64,000 nt of DNA from Methanobacteriota archaeon (GTDB lineage: Archaea > Thermoplasmatota > Poseidoniia > Poseidoniales > Thalassarchaeaceae), in the NCBI GenBank assembly GCA_002712285.1, contig PATC01000023.1, positions 809 to 64,808 of the forward strand. Reading direction: 5' to 3'. Both the position numbers and the translations under genes were made by a program. Position 1 is the stretch's first letter. Each line of letters begins with the position of its first letter. A model generated the notes under the pieces. The model was not told the DNA's origin and searched no databases. It saw only the letters and a list, made by a program, of their open reading frames with translations. This document shows, in pieces, positions 48,317 through 58,610 of the stretch.

Positions 48317-49096
48317 TCATCGCTCAACAAAAAATGGAGATGATGTAGATCCATCACCAATATGATCACGGATGGCATCGTGAATAGTAAGGCGACCCAT
48401 TGCTACAGCTCGTGCAAGTTCAGAAGGAATAGTAGCTCGACCGCCTGAAACTTTGCGTGAACGACGTTGAATGTCGCGAATTTCGCCATTAGTTGGTCGA
48501 ACTCTCTGCTTTTCTTTTACAGCATTGCCAGGAAGATGTGCAATCCGAAGTGCAGCAGAAGAATGAGCATGTCTTGGCACGCCTACAGAGGTTCGAGTCT
48601 CGTCTACTCTTTCGACATTCAAAGAGCGTGCCATACAAGTGTTGATGATCCGATTGGCAATCGTCTTTGAACCATTACCTACACGAATTACTAAATTTTC
48701 ATAGTCGATAGTTTCAGCAATATCAATCACTCGATCTACAACTCCATCTACCTCTTCGAACTGTTTCTTACCAAGAAAGATACCATCCCCAACCCATGCG
48801 ACACCTGGACGAGGCCCTGGATCAATTCCAAACATGAGTGAACGAATGGGACCCTGATGGGTCATTCGAAGGACTGCACGCTCAACCGCAAGATGAAAAG
48901 TATCGATGGTTGCAGGAATCCCTGCGGCATCATTACTCATCACCACCTCTGCAGGAGCGGCTAACCAAGCAGAGACACCTGGAGGAAGAGGATCAGAAGG
49001 TAAGAGTTGGATACAACGAACACCGCGTCTTTTGAGTTCTGCAAGAACGCGATACGCTAGCCTGAAATCGCCCGTTCGTACGGCAATCGGACCCAC
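48317..49096 (-). CDS. RNase-H-fold nuclease, YqgF/RuvX-like (Holliday-junction-resolvase-like) with N- and C-terminal extensions
   Basis: FGIDPGPRPGVAWV...VIRVGNGSKTIANRII...NVERVDETRTSV follows the YqgF pattern (D-x-G-x-K/R-x-G-V-A ... DER-TT). Confidence 0.5.
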   Translation of the reverse strand: MGPIAVRTGDFRLAYRVLAELKRRGVRCIQLLPSDPLPPGVSAWLAAPAEVVMSNDAAGIPATIDTFHLAVERAVLRMTHQGPIRSLMFGIDPGPRPGVAWVGDGIFLGKKQFEEVDGVVDRVIDIAETIDYENLVIRVGNGSKTIANRIINTCMARSLNVERVDETRTSVGVPRHAHSSAALRIAHLPGNAVKEKQRVRPTNGEIRDIQRRSRKVSGGRATIPSELARAVAMGRLTIHDAIRDHIGDGSTSSPFFVER

Positions 49097-49225
49097 GTGG
49101 AGGGAAATTATGTGAGGAGGGATTTGAAGAATCGGGCTTCTCGACCCTCTCGGCGAGTGTTCTTAGAGATTAGAAACATGATAGAAAATGGAAATATACA
49201 CCGAAGGGATTAGGTTAGTAAGTCG

Positions 49226-49882
49226 ATGCGCAGAAGGATGGGAGCAGGGTCACAATACGAACGAGAGCTCCGAAAGGTCCTAGCTGGGTCCCCTGATGGT
49301 GTTCGAGCAGTTATTCGCTCCTGTACTGAAGAGGAAAGAGCGTTAGCTCGTCTTGTTATAGAACGTCCATTCCTCGTAGTCAGAGCCGCTGGAAGTGGAA
49401 TTGAAGGTAGTGGAGACTTGTTGGCTCTTCGAGGAGACATATGTTTCCCAATTGAAGTTAAGACCAGTAAACACTCGACTCTTTACCTGAATGGAAGGCT
49501 CCGATCTCAGTATGAGGCATTAGAGCAAATCGGACAACGCTGCGGTCTCATGCCACTCTATGCTTTCAGGCTAAAGGGCACCCGTGGAGATTCTTGGCGT
49601 ATCTTCAGAATCGATACTGGACGATTAGAAGGGCGATTATCCATCCTCGCACGTCGAATCCCGGCCTGTCCACTTACCTCAAATGGAAGACCTCATTTGA
49701 TTTGGGAAGAAGGACTCCCTTTGCATCGTTTTCTCGCTCTTGTTTGCCGACAGAGAGATTCCAAAAAGAACGGTCTAGCGGGATTACAGGATCGTAATTC
49801 ACAGGAAGAAATGCAAATACCAATGCAGGATGAACAAATTTCTGAACCGATGAAAGAATGGGTTCGTGGATTTATTCATTGA
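49226..49882 (+). CDS. hjc: Holliday junction resolvase Hjc with a ~75-aa C-terminal extension
   Basis: GSQYERELRKVL...VVRAAGSG...DLLAL...FPIEVKTSK...LYL matches the Hjc catalytic core (E..D..E-V-K). An AAATATACA box lies ~25 nt upstream. Confidence 0.75.
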   Translation: MRRRMGAGSQYERELRKVLAGSPDGVRAVIRSCTEEERALARLVIERPFLVVRAAGSGIEGSGDLLALRGDICFPIEVKTSKHSTLYLNGRLRSQYEALEQIGQRCGLMPLYAFRLKGTRGDSWRIFRIDTGRLEGRLSILARRIPACPLTSNGRPHLIWEEGLPLHRFLALVCRQRDSKKNGLAGLQDRNSQEEMQIPMQDEQISEPMKEWVRGFIH

Positions 49883-50128
49883 GATTTTTCGCTGGTGCTT
49901 CCAATTGCATTTCAATTGAATCTAACCGATTACGCACAATCTTGATTTCATCTCGAACTGAATCCGTAGATGCCTGCTCAAGAAGACGAGCAATAGAATC
50001 CAGATCTCGAATAATTGATTGGAGTCTCCGCTGATGTGTAGCCCGACTCAGATTATCTTCGTCCATGAGACGGGGAAACCTACATCCTGCATGAAGAGTA
50101 TGGTTCATGGAATCAATGGAGGATTGAA

Positions 50129-51637
50129 ATGGAGCCGCGGAGACCACCACATGTGGATGATGAGACGCCTCTTCTATCAGGAAGAGAATGGGTGATTATT
50201 GCTCTAAGTGTGCTCATGGTACTCAATGGATGGTATATTCTGGGAATTATCACAGTCAATATCTTAATCCTTGCAATTCTTGAGAAAAAGGGGATTCTCG
50301 ATAGATGGAATGCAACACGTGTTCTAGGATTCATACTCATGATTCGGACTAAACGTGGCCAGATAACATTGGAGAAAATATCCAGACCAAGACGGCTATG
50401 GCGATGGTTTGGAGAGTTCTCTCTTTGGTTATGTGCATTTATTCTGTTGATTCTCACCTCTGGAATCATCCTGTCTGTACTCGCATTCATCAGTCAACCA
50501 ACATCGCAACCACTGGATTCTTCCGATATTTTACTGATTCCAGGTGTATCGAATGGAATTCCCCTAGTGTGGCCGCTTCTTGCTCTAATCCCTGCCCTCG
50601 TAATACACGAATATGGACATGGCATCCAAATGCGAGCTCATGGAATGAGGGTTCGGAGTTTTGGTCTCTTAATCGCTTCAATGATACCTATTGGAGCCTT
50701 TGCTGAACCTGAAATGAAAGAAATTTCTCAGGCACCAATTCGAGAACGAATGAGAACTTACGCTGCTGGACCAGCAGTGAATATTGTCTTTGCTACATTG
50801 CTCACAGTAGCTCTAGCTTCGACAATGATGAGTATCGAACCTCAGAACCAGGGCGCATATAGTCCAGCAATTGTCGTTGAAGGCCCGGCTGAAACTGCTG
50901 GTCTTCGGCCATATGATATCATCGTAAACGTAGAAAATACATCGATTGAAAGTGCATCGGACCTTCAAAATGCACTCTCTCTAGCAAACGCCAATGATGT
51001 GTGGTTAATGACTGTCTTACCATATGATAATGAATCAAAAACATGGGGTGAACCGATCGAGATAGAGATTATTCTCGCTGACAAATATGCACACTATCTC
51101 GCAATGAATAGCACACCAGAATTGCTTGAAGCATTTGATATTCATCCTGGTGATCCATTTATGGGTGTCGCGGGAGATGGCATTGGCCAGGCTATCCAAT
51201 CCACAACAGGAGGCAGAGACCGACTAATCGGTCCCTTCGCGACTGACTTATCTACGACAGAACGAGTGCTCTATGGATTGACCTATCCAGTGCAAATCTT
51301 CTCAATTCCAATCACCTTCGATGGTGAGATAATGGCATCTGCAGAAGCAGATATGCTTGATATTGGCCCTATCCATCAGGAAATCATCAATGGCATCTTC
51401 TGGTTAGTTTGGATTAATTTCATTCTAGGTTTTGCGAACTTGGTTCCTCTAGTCCCATTTGATGGAGGGCATCTGATGCGAGATGCAATTAGAGGTAGTA
51501 TCCGAGGGGTATCAAATCGGATTTCAGTCTTGCATCCACAACGGGTGGAAATTTTTGCAACTAAAACTGCTAATTTAGCTTCACTCCTCTTCGTGGGACT
51601 CTTCGTCGTGCCAATCCTCTTCCGATTGGTTATCTGA
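50129..51637 (+). CDS. site-2 protease (M50 family) with PDZ domain
   Basis: HEYGHGIQMRAHG HExxH motif in a TM helix, a PDZ-like segment (AIVVEGPAETAGLRPYDIIVNVEN), and the distal LVPFDGGH (LDG) motif. Confidence 0.8.
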   Translation: MEPRRPPHVDDETPLLSGREWVIIALSVLMVLNGWYILGIITVNILILAILEKKGILDRWNATRVLGFILMIRTKRGQITLEKISRPRRLWRWFGEFSLWLCAFILLILTSGIILSVLAFISQPTSQPLDSSDILLIPGVSNGIPLVWPLLALIPALVIHEYGHGIQMRAHGMRVRSFGLLIASMIPIGAFAEPEMKEISQAPIRERMRTYAAGPAVNIVFATLLTVALASTMMSIEPQNQGAYSPAIVVEGPAETAGLRPYDIIVNVENTSIESASDLQNALSLANANDVWLMTVLPYDNESKTWGEPIEIEIILADKYAHYLAMNSTPELLEAFDIHPGDPFMGVAGDGIGQAIQSTTGGRDRLIGPFATDLSTTERVLYGLTYPVQIFSIPITFDGEIMASAEADMLDIGPIHQEIINGIFWLVWINFILGFANLVPLVPFDGGHLMRDAIRGSIRGVSNRISVLHPQRVEIFATKTANLASLLFVGLFVVPILFRLVI

Positions 51638-52549
51638 ATGTGTATATTCAGGAGCACTTTGCAAAATACGTGCGACTAGTTGTTCTCCAATGAGAACTGC
51701 GAGAATCAAAATAACCACAGCTGTGGCAAGATCCATCCAAGCATCTGACGTTACTTCAGATGCGTTTGAAGAAGCAGCAAGTTTGACGATTCCAAACCAA
51801 GGTATCTCTGGACCTGCTATTCCTGATACCCAAATTTGTCGGACAGCAGTAACTGGAATTCCGTTCTCATCTCTTAGTCCTGAAAAGTGTGAATCATCCC
51901 CTGTTGCGATATATTGGTCTAATGTACATCCATTTGAACGTAGATTATCCCCTGTCGTAAGATATCCTTCATGATCTGGAATCCAATTCGAGACCACTAA
52001 ATGTCCATGGGAATGACAAGAATAACCAGGCAATGCGAGATTGATACTCGTAACATTTCTAACCGTAGAGCCAGGAACATCCCAAGTTAGAATACAGGCT
52101 CCAAAAAGGCCACTTGGACCTTGCAGAAGTTCATCCAACACTCCCTCCTCACAAGCTCCATTCAACGAATCAACAGTTAGATTTGCTTCTGCAAAAAGAA
52201 TTGCTCGATGTATGACAGGGGTATCTGAACCCCCATTCTTGCTGTAGATGATGACATCTCCAGGTAATCCATGGGCTGAATGACCTTCGACTGGACTCCC
52301 TTCTTCAATTGCTTCAACATAAGTCACAATACTTCGCCTATCTGGTGCTGTAACTAGGATAATATCGCCTGGATCAATCACTCCAATCTGAGATTCATCC
52401 GAGGTCATCATCGACTGAGATTCTACAACAACCATAGGTGGAGTTGAACCAGTCATTAGCACCAGAGACCCGAACAGGACTGCTATCATCCCGAATGCGA
52501 GAAATACCTCGCGGAGCCAACCGAACCCGTCGTTCACGAAGGAGCTCAC
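51581..52549 (-). CDS. signal peptidase I (S26, archaeal Sec11-type) with long C-terminal extension, TM anchor and acidic tail
   Basis: N-terminal TM then VVVESQSMMTS...GDIILV (catalytic Ser box) and a His box in GDVIIY...VIHRAI. C-terminal TM then an acidic SEEDWHDEESHEEE tail. Its 3' end overlaps the S2P gene by 57 nt on the opposite strand. Confidence 0.55.
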   Translation of the reverse strand: MSSFVNDGFGWLREVFLAFGMIAVLFGSLVLMTGSTPPMVVVESQSMMTSDESQIGVIDPGDIILVTAPDRRSIVTYVEAIEEGSPVEGHSAHGLPGDVIIYSKNGGSDTPVIHRAILFAEANLTVDSLNGACEEGVLDELLQGPSGLFGACILTWDVPGSTVRNVTSINLALPGYSCHSHGHLVVSNWIPDHEGYLTTGDNLRSNGCTLDQYIATGDDSHFSGLRDENGIPVTAVRQIWVSGIAGPEIPWFGIVKLAASSNASEVTSDAWMDLATAVVILILAVLIGEQLVARILQSAPEYTHSDNQSEEDWHDEESHEEE

Positions 52550-53364
52550 TCCTCTTCTGATGATGCCTGAGTTTCATTAGACGGACGGGTCGAGTAGAAG
52601 ACACCTATGAGAAATACAAGAATTAGAAGACTCATCAAATCAAAACCCGGTGTGTCACGAGTAACGGATGAAACGTCTCCTCCAAGGTTAAGGTTCATCC
52701 AAGCACCAAGATCTAAAGCGCGGTCACGTGAACCATTAGCTTCCATTCTTACAAGTCCGAATAATCCATTCCAGATTAAGAGAACAATTGCGGTTAATGT
52801 CGATACAATCACAGTACGATGAACAGATGGATTAGATAGCCCTTCCATACCCAACTTAGCAGAAAGAATAGACCTGTCTGCATTCCACCACTCGGAAATT
52901 ACCGAATCCTCAGATACATGAGCATGAACTGTTGGCGCAAAAGCGCGACCTGCACGAATGTTGAATTTCTCATAATGAGCGAGAAGGCGCCCCTGATGTA
53001 TAGTACCAAGCAATGTAGCTGCTTCCTCGGCTTCTTTCCTTCGCTTGGTAATGGTAGCTCTCGATTCAAGATCGAGAACTTCTTGGAGAATCATCAATTG
53101 ATTTCGATATCGAAAGAGTTCTGGGGCTGCAATTGATAAAGCAATTGAACCGACAAGAAGTATTCCCCAGGTAACTCCAATCAAATCTGCATACTCATTT
53201 ACACCATCGAGGAATAAGAAGAAACTCAAGCCCCAAAGCAATCCTCCGAGGCCAAGGGTCGTTACACCATAGAGAATATTCAGATGATTGTCTCTCTGAG
53301 ATTCCCACCATCTAATCATAGGATTTCCACTCTTCTGACGTTGTCGGCGCGCCATGCTAATCAC
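52546..53364 (-). CDS. membrane protein of unknown function with acidic C-terminal tail
   Basis: Four hydrophobic helices. Ends ...STRPSNETQASSEEE. ATGA-type overlap with the downstream signal-peptidase-like gene. Confidence 0.4.
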   Translation of the reverse strand: MISMARRQRQKSGNPMIRWWESQRDNHLNILYGVTTLGLGGLLWGLSFFLFLDGVNEYADLIGVTWGILLVGSIALSIAAPELFRYRNQLMILQEVLDLESRATITKRRKEAEEAATLLGTIHQGRLLAHYEKFNIRAGRAFAPTVHAHVSEDSVISEWWNADRSILSAKLGMEGLSNPSVHRTVIVSTLTAIVLLIWNGLFGLVRMEANGSRDRALDLGAWMNLNLGGDVSSVTRDTPGFDLMSLLILVFLIGVFYSTRPSNETQASSEEE

Positions 53365-53500
53365 CCCTGCGAGAGGACTTCAGGGTATTCCATTTTCGGA
53401 TTCTAGAGTAATGAGGACCTCTGAAAAAAAAACTGACGGTACTGCGCCATGTTCATATGTCGGGCTGAAGGGTATTCTGGGTGTCACCGTAGGTGTTGGA

Positions 53501-56500
53501 ATGAAGCGTTGCGCCATGTTCATGCTTGTCCTTCTAATTGGGATTAGCCTATCTCCAATCGCTTCTGCTGCGACGAATGAGACACAATTTGCCGATGGTA
53601 CTACAACATTCAGTCACAGTTTCACCGCTGGAAATGGCGGGGATGCTCAAACACCGGGGGTTACTCTACCCTATGGAGCAGCCGTCACTGATGCTCGATT
53701 CATAGTCGAAGGAACTGCTCAAAATACCCAATGGGAAAACCGTACGACGAATGCGGATTTCGGCGGGGTTGGGGAAGGAAGTACTTCATTCACTGGATCT
53801 TACTTTTCAAGTTGGTATCGTAACGGTCTCAACGTCAACAATGACGAAATGACATTGCGGACGCAAGAGACCACTAATACAAACAATTTAGCAGGTAGTA
53901 GTTCATGGGATTCTTCATCTTCATCATACCATAATCAAACTGGACGCTTCGCAGCTAATGGCGATCGAGGATATGTGAGTCCAACAATCCATGGAACTGA
54001 ATTTAGCCTTCCATCTACAATGGGTTGGTCAACAACTTCTGGCGCTAATGGCGCTGTTGTTCTTGTTGGAGATACTCTGTTTACTACTAGGTACACATCA
54101 AATTCAATTTACAGCACACCAAACATCAATTCCTACAACACTTCTACCACGAATACAAACAGCGTGACATTATCCTTTGGTACATGCAGCAGCAATTCTC
54201 TCTACACACTGTATGACCTAACCGCTGATGGTGACGACATAGTATGGGCGGTATCTTACAACTATCGTTATGTTACCAAATGGTCAGTTACTGATAACTC
54301 GTGGACATGCACCGGTACTTGGACAATGCAAAGCCTGTACTATCCAATTGGAATTGATGTCGATGAATCTACGGATGAACTCAAACTCCTAGTCCGTTCG
54401 AGTAGTGGAAGTACAACTTACAACCTCTGGACTGTATCAAGAAGTACTCCAACAACTGCATCTGCAACAACATACCTAGGGACAAGTTCTACCCTAAGTG
54501 GAACTTTGTCTGGCTTGATAGTTGAGCATCCACGTATCCTAATCAACTCCTACCGAAGTTCTTCTTCTAGCCACTTTGTGCTCCATAGCGCAGGTGCATG
54601 GGTCGATATGCAAGGTACTATTACACTCAATCAAAAAGGGCATTACGGTATCTCAAATGGAGAGGATGGGACAGCGATTTATGCCTGTTTTTATGCAGCA
54701 ATTAGCAGTTACTGTCCTACCACAACACACCGCAAGGTGTTCAATTCAGGTATTGGATCCACCTTTGAAGAACGAACAAGCACTAGTACGCAAACAATCG
54801 CAATTGGCTCGACTGTAACAATTGGATCAGCAATCAATGATATCGATTTAACCGGCCTAATTTCCTACGAACCAACCGGTACATCTGTCGAAGTGGAAGT
54901 TAGTAACGATGGAGGAGTCACTTGGAAGGTAGCCACACTCGGCTCAACCGTCTCCTTTACCAACGCTGGCAACCAAATCAAGTGGCGAGCCTATCTCAAC
55001 GGAACAAATACCACTGTAAGTCCAGTTGTTGATAGGATCCAACTTACCTATGTAGCCAGTTATACCTCAAGTGGGTACATTCGAGGCTACAAGTACCTAG
55101 GTTCTACAACTGGAAGTGCACCAGTGGCTGCAAAAGTATGGTGGAATAGTTCGGAGCCTGGAAATTCACGTCTCAATATGTATTTCCAAATGGGGCAACA
55201 ATACAGTGTCCAAACTCCCGGTCAAACTATCTCTTTCTCGGGAACAAGCACTTACATCTACTTCTACATCTATTTCTACTCTGGAACAAATAACGCATAT
55301 ACTCCAACATTAGAGGACTTGAATGTCCAACTCTTTACTCAAGCCCCAAGTAACATCAAAATTGACATAGGAAACGACGGAAGTGACGAATGGACGTATC
55401 AGAACACCTTGCTAGGAACAACTACTGCAACGGGAGGTAATCTCCTAAGCGCTATCAATAACGAAATTCCGGGCACAGGAAGTGGATCTGTCACAATTCC
55501 AATCAGTATTTCCTCAACTGCACCCGGTATGGTCCGAATCAATTCCTTCTCAATGACTTACACTATGCAGACTGTAAATCTAGATATTGTCTGGCAAGAA
55601 GGAATTATCCTCCATGAGAGAACGGAGGTTTACGAAGTCGTTACACGTCATGTAATTGGCGAAGGTGCTACCGATATCGCATCTGCAACCCTAGATTTCG
55701 TAGCCTACCCTAGTTCGGATGCTCCGTCTCTATCATGGTCACAAACCGGTTCAGTACTAGATGACGACCCAGCTGATTGGATTATCCCAATTCAACCTGG
55801 ACAAGAAGGTGGGACATATACCACTAGTTCTAATGGCATATTCGAAATACACTGGCGATTCAGAGTTACTAGTGAATTCCCCGAGCAAGAAAATGTTGGA
55901 TTCAGAGTATCCTGTACTGATGACCAGAATCTAACTCCCTCTGTCCTCGCTGAAACACAAAACACTGGAATTCGGGTAAACCAATCCTATGGACTAGGAT
56001 GGCTGGGCGTGCGTGATACGGAGGGTTCAGTCACAAGTCAGAATCTCACTGATGGTGATTGGATTTCCGCGGGTGAAACTATATTCTTCCAAGGAGCAAT
56101 GTGGTTCGTAGACAGTGAAGATGCCCCGCTAAACTCAGTCTTCGACGTACAAGTAGCTCAGAAAGGACCTCAAGGTGACTTCGTTCAGACCTCTTGGAAA
56201 GACCAAAATAACCCTGAAGGTTCTTTCTTCATCAGCCTTACAGTTCCTGAGATTGATATGCCGGATGGCATAACATATGAAATTCAGACGTACAACGAAC
56301 GTGATTCGGCACATGTAATGCCTCCAACTGAAGATTCACGACGTACATTCTACATCGATGCAACCTCGCCATCTATCGTTTACCACTACCCTGCCGAAGA
56401 GGATTATGTTGCGGCTCGCTTTGATCAAACAATCATTTTCGATGTAGATGACGATGTTGGCGACCCTACTGAACTTACACTTCACTATTGGGTTGAAGCC

Positions 56501-58555
56501 GATCACGATCTGAACAGGAACGGAATCGCAGATATGGATGAATACGTGAATCGAACCATCGTAAACGAGTCGAGTGCTCCAAACAAGCGTTTCCAGACAA
56601 CGATTGATGATAGTCGAAATCCAAACCTCGCATCAGTATCCTATTTCGTTACCGGGAATGACCCCGCAGGTAACCCTCTTGATTCATCTGAGGGACCTGG
56701 ATTTGAATCAGATTTAGCAACCTACAGAACTCGCAAGGATATGGAATCAGTATTTACAGGGTTACATTGGGCAGGACATAGTGATGGAGGAGCCATCTAC
56801 TCAGGCACTGATCAGACAATTAGTATCGGCCTTGTGGATGCTAATGGTTTGATTGATTTCGAGGAAATGAATCTCATCTTCGACTTTGAAGGTCCTGATC
56901 CAATTCGTGACAAGCAAGTAATCTCGTACTCAGGAAGAAACGATTCATTCTGGACAAATTCACCTTACATTGATCTCCTTGACTCTAGTAAAGCAACTGT
57001 AATCAGTAATGATACGGGTCTACCATGGGTTCTAGTTGACTTTGATTTCCAGATGACATGGGATTGGCCCGATGAAGATGTGAGCGACTTAGCATTTGAG
57101 TACAAGCAATTAGGAGCGGCAATGCGTACTGTCGAGTTTGTGGACCAAACGTTCCATGTTGAAAATGATCTCGTTCTTGAAGCCTCATCCTATGGAGTGC
57201 ATGATGTGATGGAACCAAGAACCGGACCTATTGATACCTCGACTGCAATTCGGGCAGATGATCGTATTCAATGGACTGGACGCGTAGTCTATGAGGGGTC
57301 CTCTACAGCTCCACCAAACAACCTCGGTATCTCAGTCGAGGTCTTCGATGGAGTACAAATGTGGTCAGATGGTTCACTCACTGAGAATGGTGAATACATG
57401 GTAGAAGTGCCACTAAATGCTGCACCAACATTAGCATCAGCTGACACTCGAACCTTCCTTTCAAGCATCGCTGGAATCCCTGGCCGAGGGGAAGATATGA
57501 CTCGAGACTCAGTAGCTACAACTCTTCAGTTATCCGTTGACCATACTCCCCCTAGAATCATCCATCGAATGAGCCCCATCGATGTAATCGATATTGGGCC
57601 AGAATCTGATTTGACCGAAGTTAATGTGGCATTTATTGGAACTGAAGAATGTGTGAATGATCTCTCCGATCAGCGTTGCTCTGATCTGGCTATGGCTCCT
57701 CAGCAAGTACATTGGATAATGCGAGATGGAACGAGAACAATCGCTGCAGGATATTCGACGCTATCTATGGAATTACAGGACGATCTAATCCTCTGGACCG
57801 GAACGGTTGATCTAACGAGCGATGGACTTGTGACACCACGATCAGGTTACATTGTCGGCTTCCATGTCACAGGACAGGATGCTGCAGGTAACACATTCCC
57901 TCAAACCAGTAATACCGAAAGTGACCCAATTCGTGAACCTGAAAGCCTCGATGAGGACCTTGACCTCGCTTGGGTCACCCTTGGTGCTGATCTAAGCCCA
58001 GAACTACGTATTCTTAGCATCAATGCTGAAGAAAACCGTGTCAGTGTAGGTAAAGAAATCGAAATTCAAGCTTATGTTACCAATCTTGGAGGGGATCTAA
58101 ACCGCTCTTTCACCGTCGGATTCTACTCTGGCGAACAAACAGAACCATTCTACGAGGAGGTGATTGACAGTCTTGATTCAGAAACGACAATCACGATAAT
58201 CACTACTTGGAAGGCAGAGAAAAATGTAGATCGAGTACGGGTCATCGTTGATTCGGAGAACGAGATAATTGAGATTGACGAAGAGGATAACACCATGTCT
58301 GTTGGTATCGAAGTCGCTTACGGTTGGGGCATGGGATGGGTAGAGCAGGCACGTCAGAACCCTCTGACTCTGATTCTCGTAATTATTGCTCTAATTGTGG
58401 TACCAGTTGTCACATTCGTCTCTGTTCGCCAAATGAATAACTCGGAGTATGACGAAGATATGACTGACATGCTTTTCAATGAAGAAGAGTATGAAGACGA
58501 GGAATACGACGATTACGATGATGATGAGGACGAAGACGACGACGGGTGGGAATGA
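53501..58555 (+). CDS. giant secreted surface protein (~1680 aa) with C-terminal TM anchor and poly-acidic tail
   Basis: Start chosen at MKRCAMFMLVLLIGISLSPIASAATNE (a textbook signal peptide); the ORF is open from 53354. A Thr/Ser/Asn-rich ectodomain is followed by a C-terminal TM (LTLILVIIALIVVPVVTFV) and an EEEYEDEEYDDYDDDEDEDDDGWE tail. Confidence 0.65.
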   Translation: MKRCAMFMLVLLIGISLSPIASAATNETQFADGTTTFSHSFTAGNGGDAQTPGVTLPYGAAVTDARFIVEGTAQNTQWENRTTNADFGGVGEGSTSFTGSYFSSWYRNGLNVNNDEMTLRTQETTNTNNLAGSSSWDSSSSSYHNQTGRFAANGDRGYVSPTIHGTEFSLPSTMGWSTTSGANGAVVLVGDTLFTTRYTSNSIYSTPNINSYNTSTTNTNSVTLSFGTCSSNSLYTLYDLTADGDDIVWAVSYNYRYVTKWSVTDNSWTCTGTWTMQSLYYPIGIDVDESTDELKLLVRSSSGSTTYNLWTVSRSTPTTASATTYLGTSSTLSGTLSGLIVEHPRILINSYRSSSSSHFVLHSAGAWVDMQGTITLNQKGHYGISNGEDGTAIYACFYAAISSYCPTTTHRKVFNSGIGSTFEERTSTSTQTIAIGSTVTIGSAINDIDLTGLISYEPTGTSVEVEVSNDGGVTWKVATLGSTVSFTNAGNQIKWRAYLNGTNTTVSPVVDRIQLTYVASYTSSGYIRGYKYLGSTTGSAPVAAKVWWNSSEPGNSRLNMYFQMGQQYSVQTPGQTISFSGTSTYIYFYIYFYSGTNNAYTPTLEDLNVQLFTQAPSNIKIDIGNDGSDEWTYQNTLLGTTTATGGNLLSAINNEIPGTGSGSVTIPISISSTAPGMVRINSFSMTYTMQTVNLDIVWQEGIILHERTEVYEVVTRHVIGEGATDIASATLDFVAYPSSDAPSLSWSQTGSVLDDDPADWIIPIQPGQEGGTYTTSSNGIFEIHWRFRVTSEFPEQENVGFRVSCTDDQNLTPSVLAETQNTGIRVNQSYGLGWLGVRDTEGSVTSQNLTDGDWISAGETIFFQGAMWFVDSEDAPLNSVFDVQVAQKGPQGDFVQTSWKDQNNPEGSFFISLTVPEIDMPDGITYEIQTYNERDSAHVMPPTEDSRRTFYIDATSPSIVYHYPAEEDYVAARFDQTIIFDVDDDVGDPTELTLHYWVEADHDLNRNGIADMDEYVNRTIVNESSAPNKRFQTTIDDSRNPNLASVSYFVTGNDPAGNPLDSSEGPGFESDLATYRTRKDMESVFTGLHWAGHSDGGAIYSGTDQTISIGLVDANGLIDFEEMNLIFDFEGPDPIRDKQVISYSGRNDSFWTNSPYIDLLDSSKATVISNDTGLPWVLVDFDFQMTWDWPDEDVSDLAFEYKQLGAAMRTVEFVDQTFHVENDLVLEASSYGVHDVMEPRTGPIDTSTAIRADDRIQWTGRVVYEGSSTAPPNNLGISVEVFDGVQMWSDGSLTENGEYMVEVPLNAAPTLASADTRTFLSSIAGIPGRGEDMTRDSVATTLQLSVDHTPPRIIHRMSPIDVIDIGPESDLTEVNVAFIGTEECVNDLSDQRCSDLAMAPQQVHWIMRDGTRTIAAGYSTLSMELQDDLILWTGTVDLTSDGLVTPRSGYIVGFHVTGQDAAGNTFPQTSNTESDPIREPESLDEDLDLAWVTLGADLSPELRILSINAEENRVSVGKEIEIQAYVTNLGGDLNRSFTVGFYSGEQTEPFYEEVIDSLDSETTITIITTWKAEKNVDRVRVIVDSENEIIEIDEEDNTMSVGIEVAYGWGMGWVEQARQNPLTLILVIIALIVVPVVTFVSVRQMNNSEYDEDMTDMLFNEEEYEDEEYDDYDDDEDEDDDGWE

Positions 58556-58610
58556 CTGCCTTTCAATGGGTTCTTGAGTCACGGAGAATCGACCCCAGAG
58601 GGGATCAGAC

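Noticed and set aside
49872-50150. 92-aa minus-strand ORF bridging the hjc end and S2P start
   Set aside because: It is short, overlaps both neighbouring genes' ends, and has no motif. It could be a real small helical protein, but the evidence is insufficient, so it is not listed as a feature.
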